This document shows, piece by piece, positions 46,370 through 55,552 of a stretch of DNA of 64,000 bases (its first letter is position 1; each line of letters opens with the position of its first letter). Source of the stretch: Candidatus Aenigmatarchaeota archaeon (GTDB taxonomy: Archaea; Aenigmatarchaeota; Aenigmatarchaeia; PWEA01). The position numbers and the translations under genes are program-made. The stretch covers positions 16,549 through 80,548 of the forward strand of contig JBKHHD010000004.1 of the NCBI GenBank assembly GCA_046539325.1. The letters are read 5' to 3'. A model generated the notes under the pieces. The model saw only the letters and a list, made by a program, of their open reading frames with translations. It did not search any database and was not told the origin of the DNA.

Positions 46370-47313
46370 TCAACGTTCTCGTGGCGCTTGCGTTTCTCGC
46401 CGCCGTGTTCATGGGCATATCCATAGGCTCTTCTTCCGTTCCACCGGCCTTCGGACCTGTAACCTCTTCGGGCATCACCGGCGTTCTCAAGTCGGCGCTT
46501 CTGGCTGGAATAGCCGCAGGTCTAGGAGCGATCTTACAGGGTGGTAGTGTAAGCGCAACCGTAGGAAATGGAATGGTGGTAGGCGAAGTGCAGGCTTTAC
46601 AGGCCTTCATCATACTCCTCGTGGCCTCTGTCCTCGTAATAGCAAGTGTCGTGGGTAAATATCCCATGCCCACCGCCTTCACCGTGGTCGGAGCAGTAAT
46701 AGGAAGTGCACTCAGCTTCAACGAAGGTGTAGTCTGGCCGACAGTAAACAAGGTTGTGGGCTACTGGCTGATAATTCCCTTCATAGCAATGGGAATGGGA
46801 TACGTGATTTCCTGGCTGCTTCGCAAGTATCTCCCCAAGGAGAAATCCAAGAAAAAAATACAGTACACAGCCCTCGGTGCCGGGCTGTTCCTTGCCTATA
46901 CGGCAGGGGCAAACTCCGTTGGACTAGCCGTGGGTCCGCTTTTCTCACTTGGATACGAGCTGACATTTCTCCTATTGATAGGTGGTATTTCAATACTGAT
47001 GGGTGCCTGGGCACTCTCGCCAAAGATAATAGACGCGGTCTCATTCGAGTACTCCAACGTAGGACCCAGGAGGTCCATAGCCGCCCTGGGCACAGCGGCG
47101 ATTCTGGCACAGATAGGTGTCTTCCTTGGAATCCCTATATCCTTCAGCGAGGCAATAATAGCTTCGGTACTCGGAAGCGGAATGGTAGTAGGAAAATCAA
47201 ACGTCGGAAAGAAAAAACTTGGCTTCACGGCAGGAGCCTGGATCTTCGCCTTCTTTCTAGCAATAATCTCCACCTACGCCCTTTCTGAAGCAGTTCAGTA
47301 TATTGGTCTCTGA
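46366..47313 (+). CDS. PiT/PHO4 family inorganic-ion transporter-like membrane protein
   Basis: Two-repeat topology; the second repeat carries GANSVGLAVGP, close to the PiT signature GANDxxNxxGP; the first repeat is more degenerate. Confidence 0.5.
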   Translation: MINVLVALAFLAAVFMGISIGSSSVPPAFGPVTSSGITGVLKSALLAGIAAGLGAILQGGSVSATVGNGMVVGEVQALQAFIILLVASVLVIASVVGKYPMPTAFTVVGAVIGSALSFNEGVVWPTVNKVVGYWLIIPFIAMGMGYVISWLLRKYLPKEKSKKKIQYTALGAGLFLAYTAGANSVGLAVGPLFSLGYELTFLLLIGGISILMGAWALSPKIIDAVSFEYSNVGPRRSIAALGTAAILAQIGVFLGIPISFSEAIIASVLGSGMVVGKSNVGKKKLGFTAGAWIFAFFLAIISTYALSEAVQYIGL

Positions 47314-47388
47314 AAACTGGCCTGAACGAACAAACGAGGAATCTTTATATATTTCCTATTTTCATAATATTGTGAAAATGGTGTAAAA

Positions 47389-47880
47389 ATGACTGATCCC
47401 AGAGAGGAGTTCAAGGAGCTCCTGGCGGAAACACACAGAATGAGGGGGATAGATGAGCTTTCCTCGCAATTAATCGCGGAGCTTTTTATAGAGTCCGGAA
47501 AACTCTCACTGAAGGAGCTAGCCGAAAGAACAGGCTACAGTCTATCTGCCGTATCCAGCGAGATGAAAAATCTGGGGAACAGTAGCTTCATCAAACGAAC
47601 CAAGAAACCGGGGTCCAAGAAGATCTACTTCCATATAGAAAAAAGCCTTATGAAGAACTTCCTTGAAGGAATATCAGAAAAGCATAAAAAGATAATGGAT
47701 ATGCTGGAGCAGAAGCTCCCAAGAATAATTGACAAGTACGAAAACAAAGGAGGCGGAGGCAGCAACGAAGAAAAGGAGATAGTTGAGAACTACTACAGAG
47801 AAATACAGGCCATGGATAAAATATTCGAAGAGTTGAGGGGAAAAATCGAAAAAAGGAAAAGGGAGTTGGAAGATGAGTGA
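47389..47880 (+). CDS. wHTH transcriptional regulator (TrmB/GbsR-like)
   Basis: LSLKELAERTGYSLSAVSSEMKNL HTH; overlaps the ABC ATPase start by 8 nt. Confidence 0.5.
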   Translation: MTDPREEFKELLAETHRMRGIDELSSQLIAELFIESGKLSLKELAERTGYSLSAVSSEMKNLGNSSFIKRTKKPGSKKIYFHIEKSLMKNFLEGISEKHKKIMDMLEQKLPRIIDKYENKGGGGSNEEKEIVENYYREIQAMDKIFEELRGKIEKRKRELEDE

Positions 47881-48556
47881 CAACGAAAACATAGTTATAG
47901 AACTGGAGGATGTACACAAGGTCTATCAGATGGGTGAGACGAAGGTACGTGCGCTCAGAGGCTCGTCTTTGGAGGTCAGAAGAGGCGAGTTCCTGTCCAT
48001 AGAAGGTCCTTCGGGCTCAGGGAAGTCAACGCTTATGAATATGATAGGCTGTCTGGACGTACCGACTTCAGGAAAGGTGCACCTGGAGAAGTGGGACATA
48101 CAGAAACTAACGGAGTCGGACCTGGCACAGATACGCGGAAAGAAGATAGGCTTCGTATTCCAGACCTTCAACCTGATAAAGAACCTAACTGCACTGGAGA
48201 ACGTGGCGATGCCTATGATGTTCCAGGGAATATCCAAGGAGAAAAGGCTCAAAAGGGCGAAAAATCTGCTGGTGGAGATGGGCCTCGGCGAGAGACTCAA
48301 TCACAAGCCTGCGGAGCTTTCAGGGGGACAGCAGCAGAGGGTCGCGATCGCAAGGGCGCTTGCAAACGATCCCGATGTACTGCTTGCAGACGAGCCAACA
48401 GGAAACCTCGACAGCAAGACAGGCAAAAAGGTACTGGAAAAACTCAAGGATTTAAATGAAAGGGAAGGTAAAACTATCGTGATGGTTACCCATGATCCAA
48501 ACGCGGCTGAGTACGCCGAAAGGATCGTGGAGATAAAGGACGGTGTTGTGAAATGA
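47873..48556 (+). CDS. ABC transporter ATP-binding protein (MacB/LolD type)
   Basis: Walker A GPSGSGKST, signature LSGGQQQRVAIARAL, Walker B LLADEPTGNLD. Confidence 0.9.
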   Translation: MSDNENIVIELEDVHKVYQMGETKVRALRGSSLEVRRGEFLSIEGPSGSGKSTLMNMIGCLDVPTSGKVHLEKWDIQKLTESDLAQIRGKKIGFVFQTFNLIKNLTALENVAMPMMFQGISKEKRLKRAKNLLVEMGLGERLNHKPAELSGGQQQRVAIARALANDPDVLLADEPTGNLDSKTGKKVLEKLKDLNEREGKTIVMVTHDPNAAEYAERIVEIKDGVVK

Positions 48557-49872
48557 GTAAGTATATGAAACCGGCGTTTCTCCTCACAGTCCTTGCTCTG
48601 TCCCTTTCACTTTTTGTAACTATACCGGAGGCCGAGGCCTCGACAGGTAGGATGTCACAGCTCGAAGTAGTCTACAGGAAGTCTGAACCAGATCCATTGA
48701 GAACCGGGGAGTACGCGGATGTCTGGGTTAAGGTAAAGAATACCGGGGACACAAAGGCCGAGGACATATCGCTAGAGTTCGTTCCGGAATTTCCTTTTTC
48801 TCTGGATCCGGACAAAGAAGCCGTAAAGGAACTCGGTGATATGAATCCCGGTGTTGAGTATCATGCGCACTACAAGATACGCGTCGACGAGAACGCAGTT
48901 CCCGGAGAAAACGACCTCAAGTTCAAGACAAAAAGCGATATAGCTGAGATCACAAAGACCCTGCCCGTACAAGTGAGAAGTAGAGAATCCGTGCTTTCCG
49001 TGGAAAGAGTAGGGGTCGAAGGTGGGAAAATACCCCCGAGCAAGACACGAAATGTAACTTTAAAACTGAAGAACCGCGCGGACACATATCTCAGGAATAT
49101 AGACTCGTCCCTTGGGCTGAGACCTGTCAGTAGTGAGACAGCAGAGATGGAGGAGGAGGCCGAGATGCTGGGCACAGAGGAATACCAGACTGCGGAGGAG
49201 ATACCGCTCATCACTGTAGGAGAAACCACGGAAAAAAGGATAGGCAAGATAGCTCCTGGAGAGACAAAGGAGGTTACATTCCCTGTACGCGCCGAGTCAG
49301 ACGCGACCGAAGAGGCGTACAAGGTCCCCGTGGAAATGAGGTACGAGGACGAAATGGGAAACACGTGGCAGAAGATAGAATTCACAGGGATAACCGTTGG
49401 CGGAGAACCGGTAGTCGAGACGGGGATAGCCGATATAGACGGCTACCCTGTATCCGATACCTCAACGGAAGTCTCGCTAAGACTTGTGAACCGTGGTCTT
49501 TCCGAGGCGAAGTTTCTACAGGCAGAACTTCTACCGCATGAGTCATACCAGGTCGTGGGAGAACCCGACGTCTACGTAGGCCATATGCAGCCCGACGACT
49601 TCGACTCACCGTCCTTTACGGTTTACATGGAGCCCGATCACGAAAGGGTGGAAATTCCCGTTGAACTGAACTACAGGGACTCGGAAGGAAACGAAGTGAC
49701 GGAGGAACAGACCGTAAGCTTCCGCACCTATACAAGCGGAGAGATAAGTAGCTTACGTGTCGAGGAAGGTGGGAACGCACTTTATTACATAGTAATAATT
49801 CTAGTAATAATCGGAGCCGTCTACCTTTACAGGAGAAGAAAGAAAAGCAAGGAGAAGCTCCTGGAGGAGTAA
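48553..49872 (+). CDS. exported CARDB-like (COG1361-type) beta-sandwich protein with C-terminal TM anchor
   Basis: Signal peptide, repeated beta-rich modules (VKVKNTGDTKAEDISLEF...), C-terminal helix YYIVIILVIIGAVYLY plus basic tail; sits between the ABC ATPase and the permease. Confidence 0.55.
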   Translation: MSKYMKPAFLLTVLALSLSLFVTIPEAEASTGRMSQLEVVYRKSEPDPLRTGEYADVWVKVKNTGDTKAEDISLEFVPEFPFSLDPDKEAVKELGDMNPGVEYHAHYKIRVDENAVPGENDLKFKTKSDIAEITKTLPVQVRSRESVLSVERVGVEGGKIPPSKTRNVTLKLKNRADTYLRNIDSSLGLRPVSSETAEMEEEAEMLGTEEYQTAEEIPLITVGETTEKRIGKIAPGETKEVTFPVRAESDATEEAYKVPVEMRYEDEMGNTWQKIEFTGITVGGEPVVETGIADIDGYPVSDTSTEVSLRLVNRGLSEAKFLQAELLPHESYQVVGEPDVYVGHMQPDDFDSPSFTVYMEPDHERVEIPVELNYRDSEGNEVTEEQTVSFRTYTSGEISSLRVEEGGNALYYIVIILVIIGAVYLYRRRKKSKEKLLEE

Positions 49873-49879
49873 AGTTCCT

Positions 49880-51079
49880 ATGCTTCTTGATGAGTTTGTG
49901 CTTGCAGTCAGGAACATAAAGGAGAAGGGCGCACGGTCCTGGCTGACGATAATAGGGATATTCATAGGGATAGCTGCCGTGGTCGCGCTGATCTCTCTTA
50001 CCCAGGGCCTGAGCCAGTCCGTTGAAGCGGAGTTCGAGCAGGCAGGAACGGACACGATAACTGTAATGGCAGGGAGGAGTTCGGGAACGGGCGGAATGGG
50101 AATGGTCGGCGCAGTGGGGTCTTACATAAGTGAAGACAACGCCGACACTATAAGGAACGTGAGGGGTGTGGAAAACGCCGAACCTATGAGCATGGAGTTA
50201 GGTCAGATTAAGTACAGAGGAGATACGCAAAGGGTTCCCGTCGTAGGCGTAGAACCTGCTCTCTTTGAAATTTTCCCACAGTACTCCGTTGAGAAGGGCC
50301 GTGAACTGAGGGACAACGACAGGTTCAGCGCAGCCATAGGACCGAAACTCGGCGACGACGTTTTCGATGATGAAATAGACCTCAGAAACAACTTAGATAT
50401 AGAGGGAAACAGGGTAAGGGTTGTCGGAATCCTTGAATCAATGGGCAACCCAAGCGATGACAGAAGTGTGACCATACCCCTGGATACTGCGCAGGACATA
50501 TTTGATGCCGAAGGACAGATCTCCATGGTATACGTAAGTGTATACGACTCATACGAGCCGTCCGAGGTGGCAGAAGAGATAGAGGAAGAACTAGAGGACG
50601 AAAGGGGCGAAAGGGACTTCTCCGTTCAGACAATGGAACAGGTTCTCGACGCTGTAAACAACATCCTCTCAATGGTTCAGGCCCTCTTCGTGGGAGTTGC
50701 AGCCATTTCTCTTTTTGTGGGAGGTGTAGGGATTATGAGCACGATGTATACCTCAGTTCTTGAGAAAACAAGGGATATAGGTATAATGAAGGCCGTCGGA
50801 GCCAGAAACTCCGACGTTATGAAGATATTTCTCTTTGAGTCAGGACTGCTCGGCTTAACAGGTGGAGTTCTAGGCGTGATAATAGGACTTTCGATAGCAA
50901 AAGGCGCTGAATACGTGATCCAAGAGTTCTACGGACTTGGAATGCTGGAAATAGCTGTAACCCCGGAGCTGATAATAGGCGCTTTGGGTTTCTCCTTTAT
51001 AGTTGGTACGCTTTCAGGTGTTCTCCCCGCGAGAAGCGCAGCGCAACTAGACCCTGTGGACGCTTTGCGGTCAGAGTGA
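49880..51079 (+). CDS. ABC transporter permease, FtsX/MacB-like
   Basis: N-terminal TM + large extracytoplasmic domain + 3 C-terminal TM helices (FtsX fold). Confidence 0.8.
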   Translation: MLLDEFVLAVRNIKEKGARSWLTIIGIFIGIAAVVALISLTQGLSQSVEAEFEQAGTDTITVMAGRSSGTGGMGMVGAVGSYISEDNADTIRNVRGVENAEPMSMELGQIKYRGDTQRVPVVGVEPALFEIFPQYSVEKGRELRDNDRFSAAIGPKLGDDVFDDEIDLRNNLDIEGNRVRVVGILESMGNPSDDRSVTIPLDTAQDIFDAEGQISMVYVSVYDSYEPSEVAEEIEEELEDERGERDFSVQTMEQVLDAVNNILSMVQALFVGVAAISLFVGGVGIMSTMYTSVLEKTRDIGIMKAVGARNSDVMKIFLFESGLLGLTGGVLGVIIGLSIAKGAEYVIQEFYGLGMLEIAVTPELIIGALGFSFIVGTLSGVLPARSAAQLDPVDALRSE

Positions 51080-51138
51080 TCCTTTAGGAAAGTTAAATTC
51101 TGCTCCTTTGTTCAGTTTCCTCTTCAGTGTTGTAGTTC

Positions 51139-51414
51139 TTAATCACTATCTTTTGACTTTGATACGGCTGTCTTGAGGTCCTTGCCGTCAAAACCTATGA
51201 CCTCAACATCCTTTGAATCTATCCATTCCTTGAACTTCTTATCAACATCATCAATCTGAATTTCTGAGAGTGTTTCTTCCAGGTCTTTGAGACTGTCCTC
51301 GGGATGTATAAAGAAATCACCCCGGACGTCGATCTCCTTGACTACATTGTCCTTTACCTCTACGTCTATTTTCAGCATCTTTCCATCGGGCACTTTAAAA
51401 TCCACATGCTTCAT
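51139..51414 (-). CDS. lplB: lipoate-protein ligase C-terminal domain protein (LplB-like)
   Basis: 91 aa with the GDFF motif (IDVRGDFFIHPED); immediately downstream of the LplA catalytic-domain gene. Confidence 0.6.
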   Translation of the reverse strand: MKHVDFKVPDGKMLKIDVEVKDNVVKEIDVRGDFFIHPEDSLKDLEETLSEIQIDDVDKKFKEWIDSKDVEVIGFDGKDLKTAVSKSKDSD

Positions 51415-51420
51415 AATCTA

Positions 51421-52194
51421 TTACCTCATAAAGTTCCAGTCCTTTGTTCCGTATTTCTCCTTGCGAAGCTCCTTGGCTTTTTCCTCCTCGTAATCAGTGA
51501 GGTCACCGCTTTGAAGGCTCTGCCCGAACTCCTCGCTGAAAGCCTGGCTCAAGGCTTCTTTTACCTCTTTCATGGACAGCCCCGGCTTCCTTTCCTTCAA
51601 CGTCGTAACTCTTTCTTCAAGACCAGACGTCACCTTGTCCTTTGACTTCTCCTCGGAAATTTTAAGATACTTTACCATCTTTTCAGGCTCAAAGTCAAGA
51701 AGTAAAGTTCCGTGTTGAAGGAGAACTCCGTTTTTCCTGGTCTGTGCGTTACCCGAGATCTTTCGTCCTTCGACAACTACGTCATTTATTCCGGAATGTT
51801 CGGCCTCAATTCCGATTTTTTTCAGAGCCCTGATAATACACTCACTGATCTTTCTGTAGGACTCCTTGATATCACTGGGAATTCCCTTTAACTCCTCTGG
51901 GGCAATTATACTGTAGTTGATCTCACCCTTCGGATCTTTGTAGACAGCTCCACCACCAGTCATCCTTCGGAAAATCTCCACATCGTCCTCCCGGCACTTC
52001 TCAACGTCCACCTCCTCTTTGACGGACTGGAAGTAACCGATGGCCACAGCTGGTTCACTCCACCTATAGAACCTAAGTGTGGACTTCACTTCCCCTTCCG
52101 ATACGGCCTGAAGTATAGCTTCGTCCGTGGCCATCTTCCGGTAGGAATTCTCGACGGGGTCCGACTCTATCAGTCTGAAGGTCATTTTCTCCAA
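51421..52194 (-). CDS. lplA: lipoate-protein ligase A, catalytic domain
   Basis: BPL/LPL catalytic motifs (LRFYRWSEPAVAIGYFQ ... GKISGNAQ). Confidence 0.85.
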   Translation of the reverse strand: MEKMTFRLIESDPVENSYRKMATDEAILQAVSEGEVKSTLRFYRWSEPAVAIGYFQSVKEEVDVEKCREDDVEIFRRMTGGGAVYKDPKGEINYSIIAPEELKGIPSDIKESYRKISECIIRALKKIGIEAEHSGINDVVVEGRKISGNAQTRKNGVLLQHGTLLLDFEPEKMVKYLKISEEKSKDKVTSGLEERVTTLKERKPGLSMKEVKEALSQAFSEEFGQSLQSGDLTDYEEEKAKELRKEKYGTKDWNFMR

Positions 52195-52196
52195 CT

Positions 52197-52955
52197 CTAT
52201 CCTTCCCTTGAGATCAGTCCGGTCAGTGGGTGGTCGGGATTGGGTTCGGAAACCAGCATCTGGTTTACTGCAGGCGGATAGGCAAGGTCCGTTTCCTCTA
52301 CTCTGTCAAGAGCTTTTTCCAGGTCTTTAGTTGTCAGACCGATCCATAGCTCATCATCCTGTGAACCAGCGATACTTCTAGCACCGCCGCAAGGAACGGT
52401 CAACCACGGAACTCCTTCCTCCGCGACCGGAACGATAACTTCACAGGCTGCATGCCCGTTGACCCTCGGCGACGTTTTCTGTCCTGTCTTATCGAAGACG
52501 CCTAGTAGTAGTAAATAAACCTGGGAGGAATCGGTTACCATGACTACAGAATCAGGATGCATTCCCAGATCGTCGAACTCTCTCAGTGGTGCCATCACCG
52601 CAGCCTCGTAGTCTCCAACAGGCAGAGTCTCCGTCTTCTCCATCAGCTCCTCGAACCTCTCTTCTGTGTAGCCAAAGCCATTGACCCATCTTTCCTTCAG
52701 GTCGTCGGGAATTTCTTCAAAGCCGAGGACCCTGGAACCTATCACGCAGCCGCCCATGTTTTCCATGGAAACACCGCGCGTTTTTTCGTATACTGCAACC
52801 TCCTTCAGAACCTGGCACAGACCCAGGTCCTTGTCCGGAAACATCACTTTGTTCCCCACCTCCTCTTTATTCTCAAGAAGTTTGACACCGATAGGAACGC
52901 CTTTGCCTTTGATTAGATCGTCGTACCTTTTCTCCAAGTTTTCGTACTTTGTCAT
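52197..52955 (-). CDS. DUF169 family protein
   Basis: Cys/His pattern and length typical of DUF169 (GLCQVL..., GGCVIGSRVLGF, HAACEVIV, VPCGGARSIAG). Confidence 0.5.
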   Translation of the reverse strand: MTKYENLEKRYDDLIKGKGVPIGVKLLENKEEVGNKVMFPDKDLGLCQVLKEVAVYEKTRGVSMENMGGCVIGSRVLGFEEIPDDLKERWVNGFGYTEERFEELMEKTETLPVGDYEAAVMAPLREFDDLGMHPDSVVMVTDSSQVYLLLLGVFDKTGQKTSPRVNGHAACEVIVPVAEEGVPWLTVPCGGARSIAGSQDDELWIGLTTKDLEKALDRVEETDLAYPPAVNQMLVSEPNPDHPLTGLISREG

Positions 52956-52964
52956 AAGATCACC

Positions 52965-53363
52965 TCACATATTTTTTTCGACCCATTCCTCCGCTTCTTC
53001 TGCGTCCATAAGTTCCTCCAGTTCGGAGGGATCGGACAGCTTAACTTTGACGATCCAGCTGCCGTACGGGTCTTCGTTTATTTTTTCGGGGTTGTCGTAA
53101 AGGTCATTGTTGACCTCGATTATTTTCCCGGAGACTGGACTTGATAGATGTCCGGACCATTTCATGGCTTCCAGGGAAGTGTAGTTGTCTCCCTTTTCGA
53201 CTTCTTCACCTTCCTCGGGCAGGTCTATGAACACGAACCTCTTGACCCTGTCAGCGGCCGGCTGGATAATCCCCAGCTTCGCTTCTCCGTTCTCTACTTC
53301 TACCCAGGAGTAATCCTGGTTGTATTTCAGCCTTTCCGGCAGTTTTTCACTCATCTTGATCAC
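52965..53363 (-). CDS. gcvH: glycine cleavage system H protein / lipoyl carrier
   Basis: Lipoyl-lysine region SLEAMKWSGHLSSPVSGKIIEVN and N-terminal YSWVEVENGEAKLGI. Confidence 0.85.
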   Translation of the reverse strand: MIKMSEKLPERLKYNQDYSWVEVENGEAKLGIIQPAADRVKRFVFIDLPEEGEEVEKGDNYTSLEAMKWSGHLSSPVSGKIIEVNNDLYDNPEKINEDPYGSWIVKVKLSDPSELEELMDAEEAEEWVEKNM

Positions 53364-54801
53364 CTTCTTTATCTTTGTCTTCGGAACCTTTAGTTTTTTG
53401 GTAAATCAACTTTATAACCAAGGCAGCAAGTACAGCACCGCCGAACACGTAGATCGTTCCTGCTATGCTCTCCATAAGATCAGGAGCGAAGAGGAGGCTC
53501 ATCGCGAGTGCAAACATGATCGTTCCTCCGATTAGCTTGAGGAACCTCCCTTGCTTCTTGCCCAGCTTTGCTTTGTCCATCGTAACAACCGCGGAGAAGA
53601 AGATGACAAGTTCTATGCTGAGGTAGATGAAGAGATACAGTCCTAAGAGAGCGGCAAATGTCAGGGAAAACATCTCCAGCCCTTTACTTGCTATTATATT
53701 GGTCCACATAACAGGAAATCCTGCTGTGCAGGGCAGTTCGACAAGAACGATGCCCAGGGCCATACCTGCAGTGGCGGCTATCATTGCTGGAACGTTTCCT
53801 TCTTTCTTCAGGACCTCTCTCATCTTTCCAATTATCTTCGGTTTATATCTATCGGGAATCGTAAAGGAAACACCCTTCTTGTACCAGAAGTAATCCTTGA
53901 TGTTGACTACTGCAAAGGTCAGTGCCAGGGCAGCCACTGCTATACGGATCCATAAGAGGTGCCCTGTATAGGAAAACACGTTCAGAAGGCCGATGATAAA
54001 GAGTCCATAGGCCGCTGTTGTGGTCAGCAAGAACGTCAAACCAACGGCAACTACCTTTTTCCTGGAGCCGGAGTAGATTACCAGACCGAGTAAAAAGGTT
54101 ATGACCCACAATGAGCAGGGATTGAAACCATCTACAAATGCAATAAGACTCGTTAGGACGAAAAGTGATGTATTTTTTGAACTTATCTCACCGAAAACGG
54201 GTAGTTCAACTGTTCCCTCGGTCTCGTTAAACCCGGAATAATCACCTGGGACAGACTCTTCCTTCGAACTGTCCTCGTCTTCAGGTGGAGTCTGAGTTTC
54301 TTCATCATCGGTACCTGTTTGAGACTTCAGTTTTTCTCCTGGATCCACACAGGTCTCAGTCTCCAGACATTCATCGATCTTTTCTTCCATCTCTGTGCCC
54401 ATGGATTCAGAATAACCGACCCAGACCTCGTCGTCTATAAAGGTGGCGGGAACTCCCGAAACCGACCTTCCGTAGGCCTCAGCAACCTCCTGGAACAGCT
54501 CCTGGTTGCTTTGATTATGGTACACTTCGAACATCTTCACCTCAAGTTCCGGGTGCTCTCTTTCAAGATCTTCAAGAAACGATTTCTCCTCGGCACAGTG
54601 TGGACAACCGTCTCCCCAGAAGAAGTAAACCGTTACCTCATTATCCTCTGTGAGGCTGGTATCTGTAATATTATCTGTTTGTGAAGCCTCGGCAGCTGAA
54701 ACTGGAGGAATTAAAAACACGGCCAATACAGCCAAAACCAGTACACCTGCTATTTTACCCCCGAAATCCATATTCATCACCCTTCTTTTGTGGAGTAACA
54801 C
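53347..54801 (-). CDS. thiol:disulfide interchange protein, thioredoxin domain fused to CcdA/DsbD transmembrane domain
   Basis: Signal peptide, Trx-fold WGDGCPHC, then a DsbD-type membrane core with conserved Cys in TM helices (GFNPCSLW, LPCTAGFP). Confidence 0.75.
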   Translation of the reverse strand: MLLHKRRVMNMDFGGKIAGVLVLAVLAVFLIPPVSAAEASQTDNITDTSLTEDNEVTVYFFWGDGCPHCAEEKSFLEDLEREHPELEVKMFEVYHNQSNQELFQEVAEAYGRSVSGVPATFIDDEVWVGYSESMGTEMEEKIDECLETETCVDPGEKLKSQTGTDDEETQTPPEDEDSSKEESVPGDYSGFNETEGTVELPVFGEISSKNTSLFVLTSLIAFVDGFNPCSLWVITFLLGLVIYSGSRKKVVAVGLTFLLTTTAAYGLFIIGLLNVFSYTGHLLWIRIAVAALALTFAVVNIKDYFWYKKGVSFTIPDRYKPKIIGKMREVLKKEGNVPAMIAATAGMALGIVLVELPCTAGFPVMWTNIIASKGLEMFSLTFAALLGLYLFIYLSIELVIFFSAVVTMDKAKLGKKQGRFLKLIGGTIMFALAMSLLFAPDLMESIAGTIYVFGGAVLAALVIKLIYQKTKGSEDKDKEGDQDE

Positions 54802-54849
54802 CTTATAAACGTTTGTTTCAAAAAGTGAAATAGCTTCAAACCTGCATCT

Positions 54850-55353
54850 TCAAGAGCCCACGTAAAGGTCCACAAAGGGTTCCTTCAATCTAATCAGGTT
54901 GCTCATCCCCGAGTCCTCTTTGCTGATTATCCCCCTGTCTTCCAGTTTGGACAGCTTTCTAGAAACCTTTACCTTGTCTACTCCCGTCTCCTTGACTATC
55001 CTGCTCTGCTGCATCGCTCCATCCTCGTCGATAAGCTCTTCGACTATCTTCCTCTCGTCGTTGCCCAAAAACTTCAATGTCTCCCTCGCCTCCTCGCTCA
55101 ACTCCTCCTTCTCCTCCTTGAAGGCTCCTGAGAGGTAGTAGTAGGTGGCCATTCCGACAAGGACGCCCAGAGACGTGAGAATAGCCAGGATCCAGTTTAT
55201 CGGCAATGTACACGCACAGGCCGATGGATCCATGTAGTTCTGGTGTAGGTAGTAGTAGAAGAAGCTGACGGCTATCACGAACCCGACGATGATCAGAACT
55301 ACTGACAGAAACCTCCTGAAAAACTTCTTCCTGTCCTTACCGTTCATAGGCAA
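54850..55353 (-). CDS. membrane-anchored wHTH regulator (2 TM + cytoplasmic MarR-like wHTH)
   Basis: Two N-terminal TM helices, then ERKIVEELIDEDGAMQQSRIVKETGVDKVKVSRKLSKLEDRGII. Confidence 0.55.
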   Translation of the reverse strand: MPMNGKDRKKFFRRFLSVVLIIVGFVIAVSFFYYYLHQNYMDPSACACTLPINWILAILTSLGVLVGMATYYYLSGAFKEEKEELSEEARETLKFLGNDERKIVEELIDEDGAMQQSRIVKETGVDKVKVSRKLSKLEDRGIISKEDSGMSNLIRLKEPFVDLYVGS

Positions 55354-55552
55354 TCACTTGTTGTTTTAATTTCTGCTTGTTCGTTTTAATAGTTTATCGA
55401 TGACATCAAAGAGTCTATGCCGCAGTCAGGTATCTTCCCACCGCTCGGTAGGTCGATGGCCCTGGCGTTAAACCCGTCGGTTTCGTAAAAGACCTCACAT
55501 CCTTTTCTGAGGGAAGTTCAGTTTTAAAAACAAAGGGCTACCATATTGCCCT

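Noticed and set aside
48091-48459. Arg/Gly-rich 122-aa ORF inside the ABC ATPase gene
   Set aside because: It is an alternate frame of a gene with intact Walker A/B and signature motifs, and its composition is implausible.
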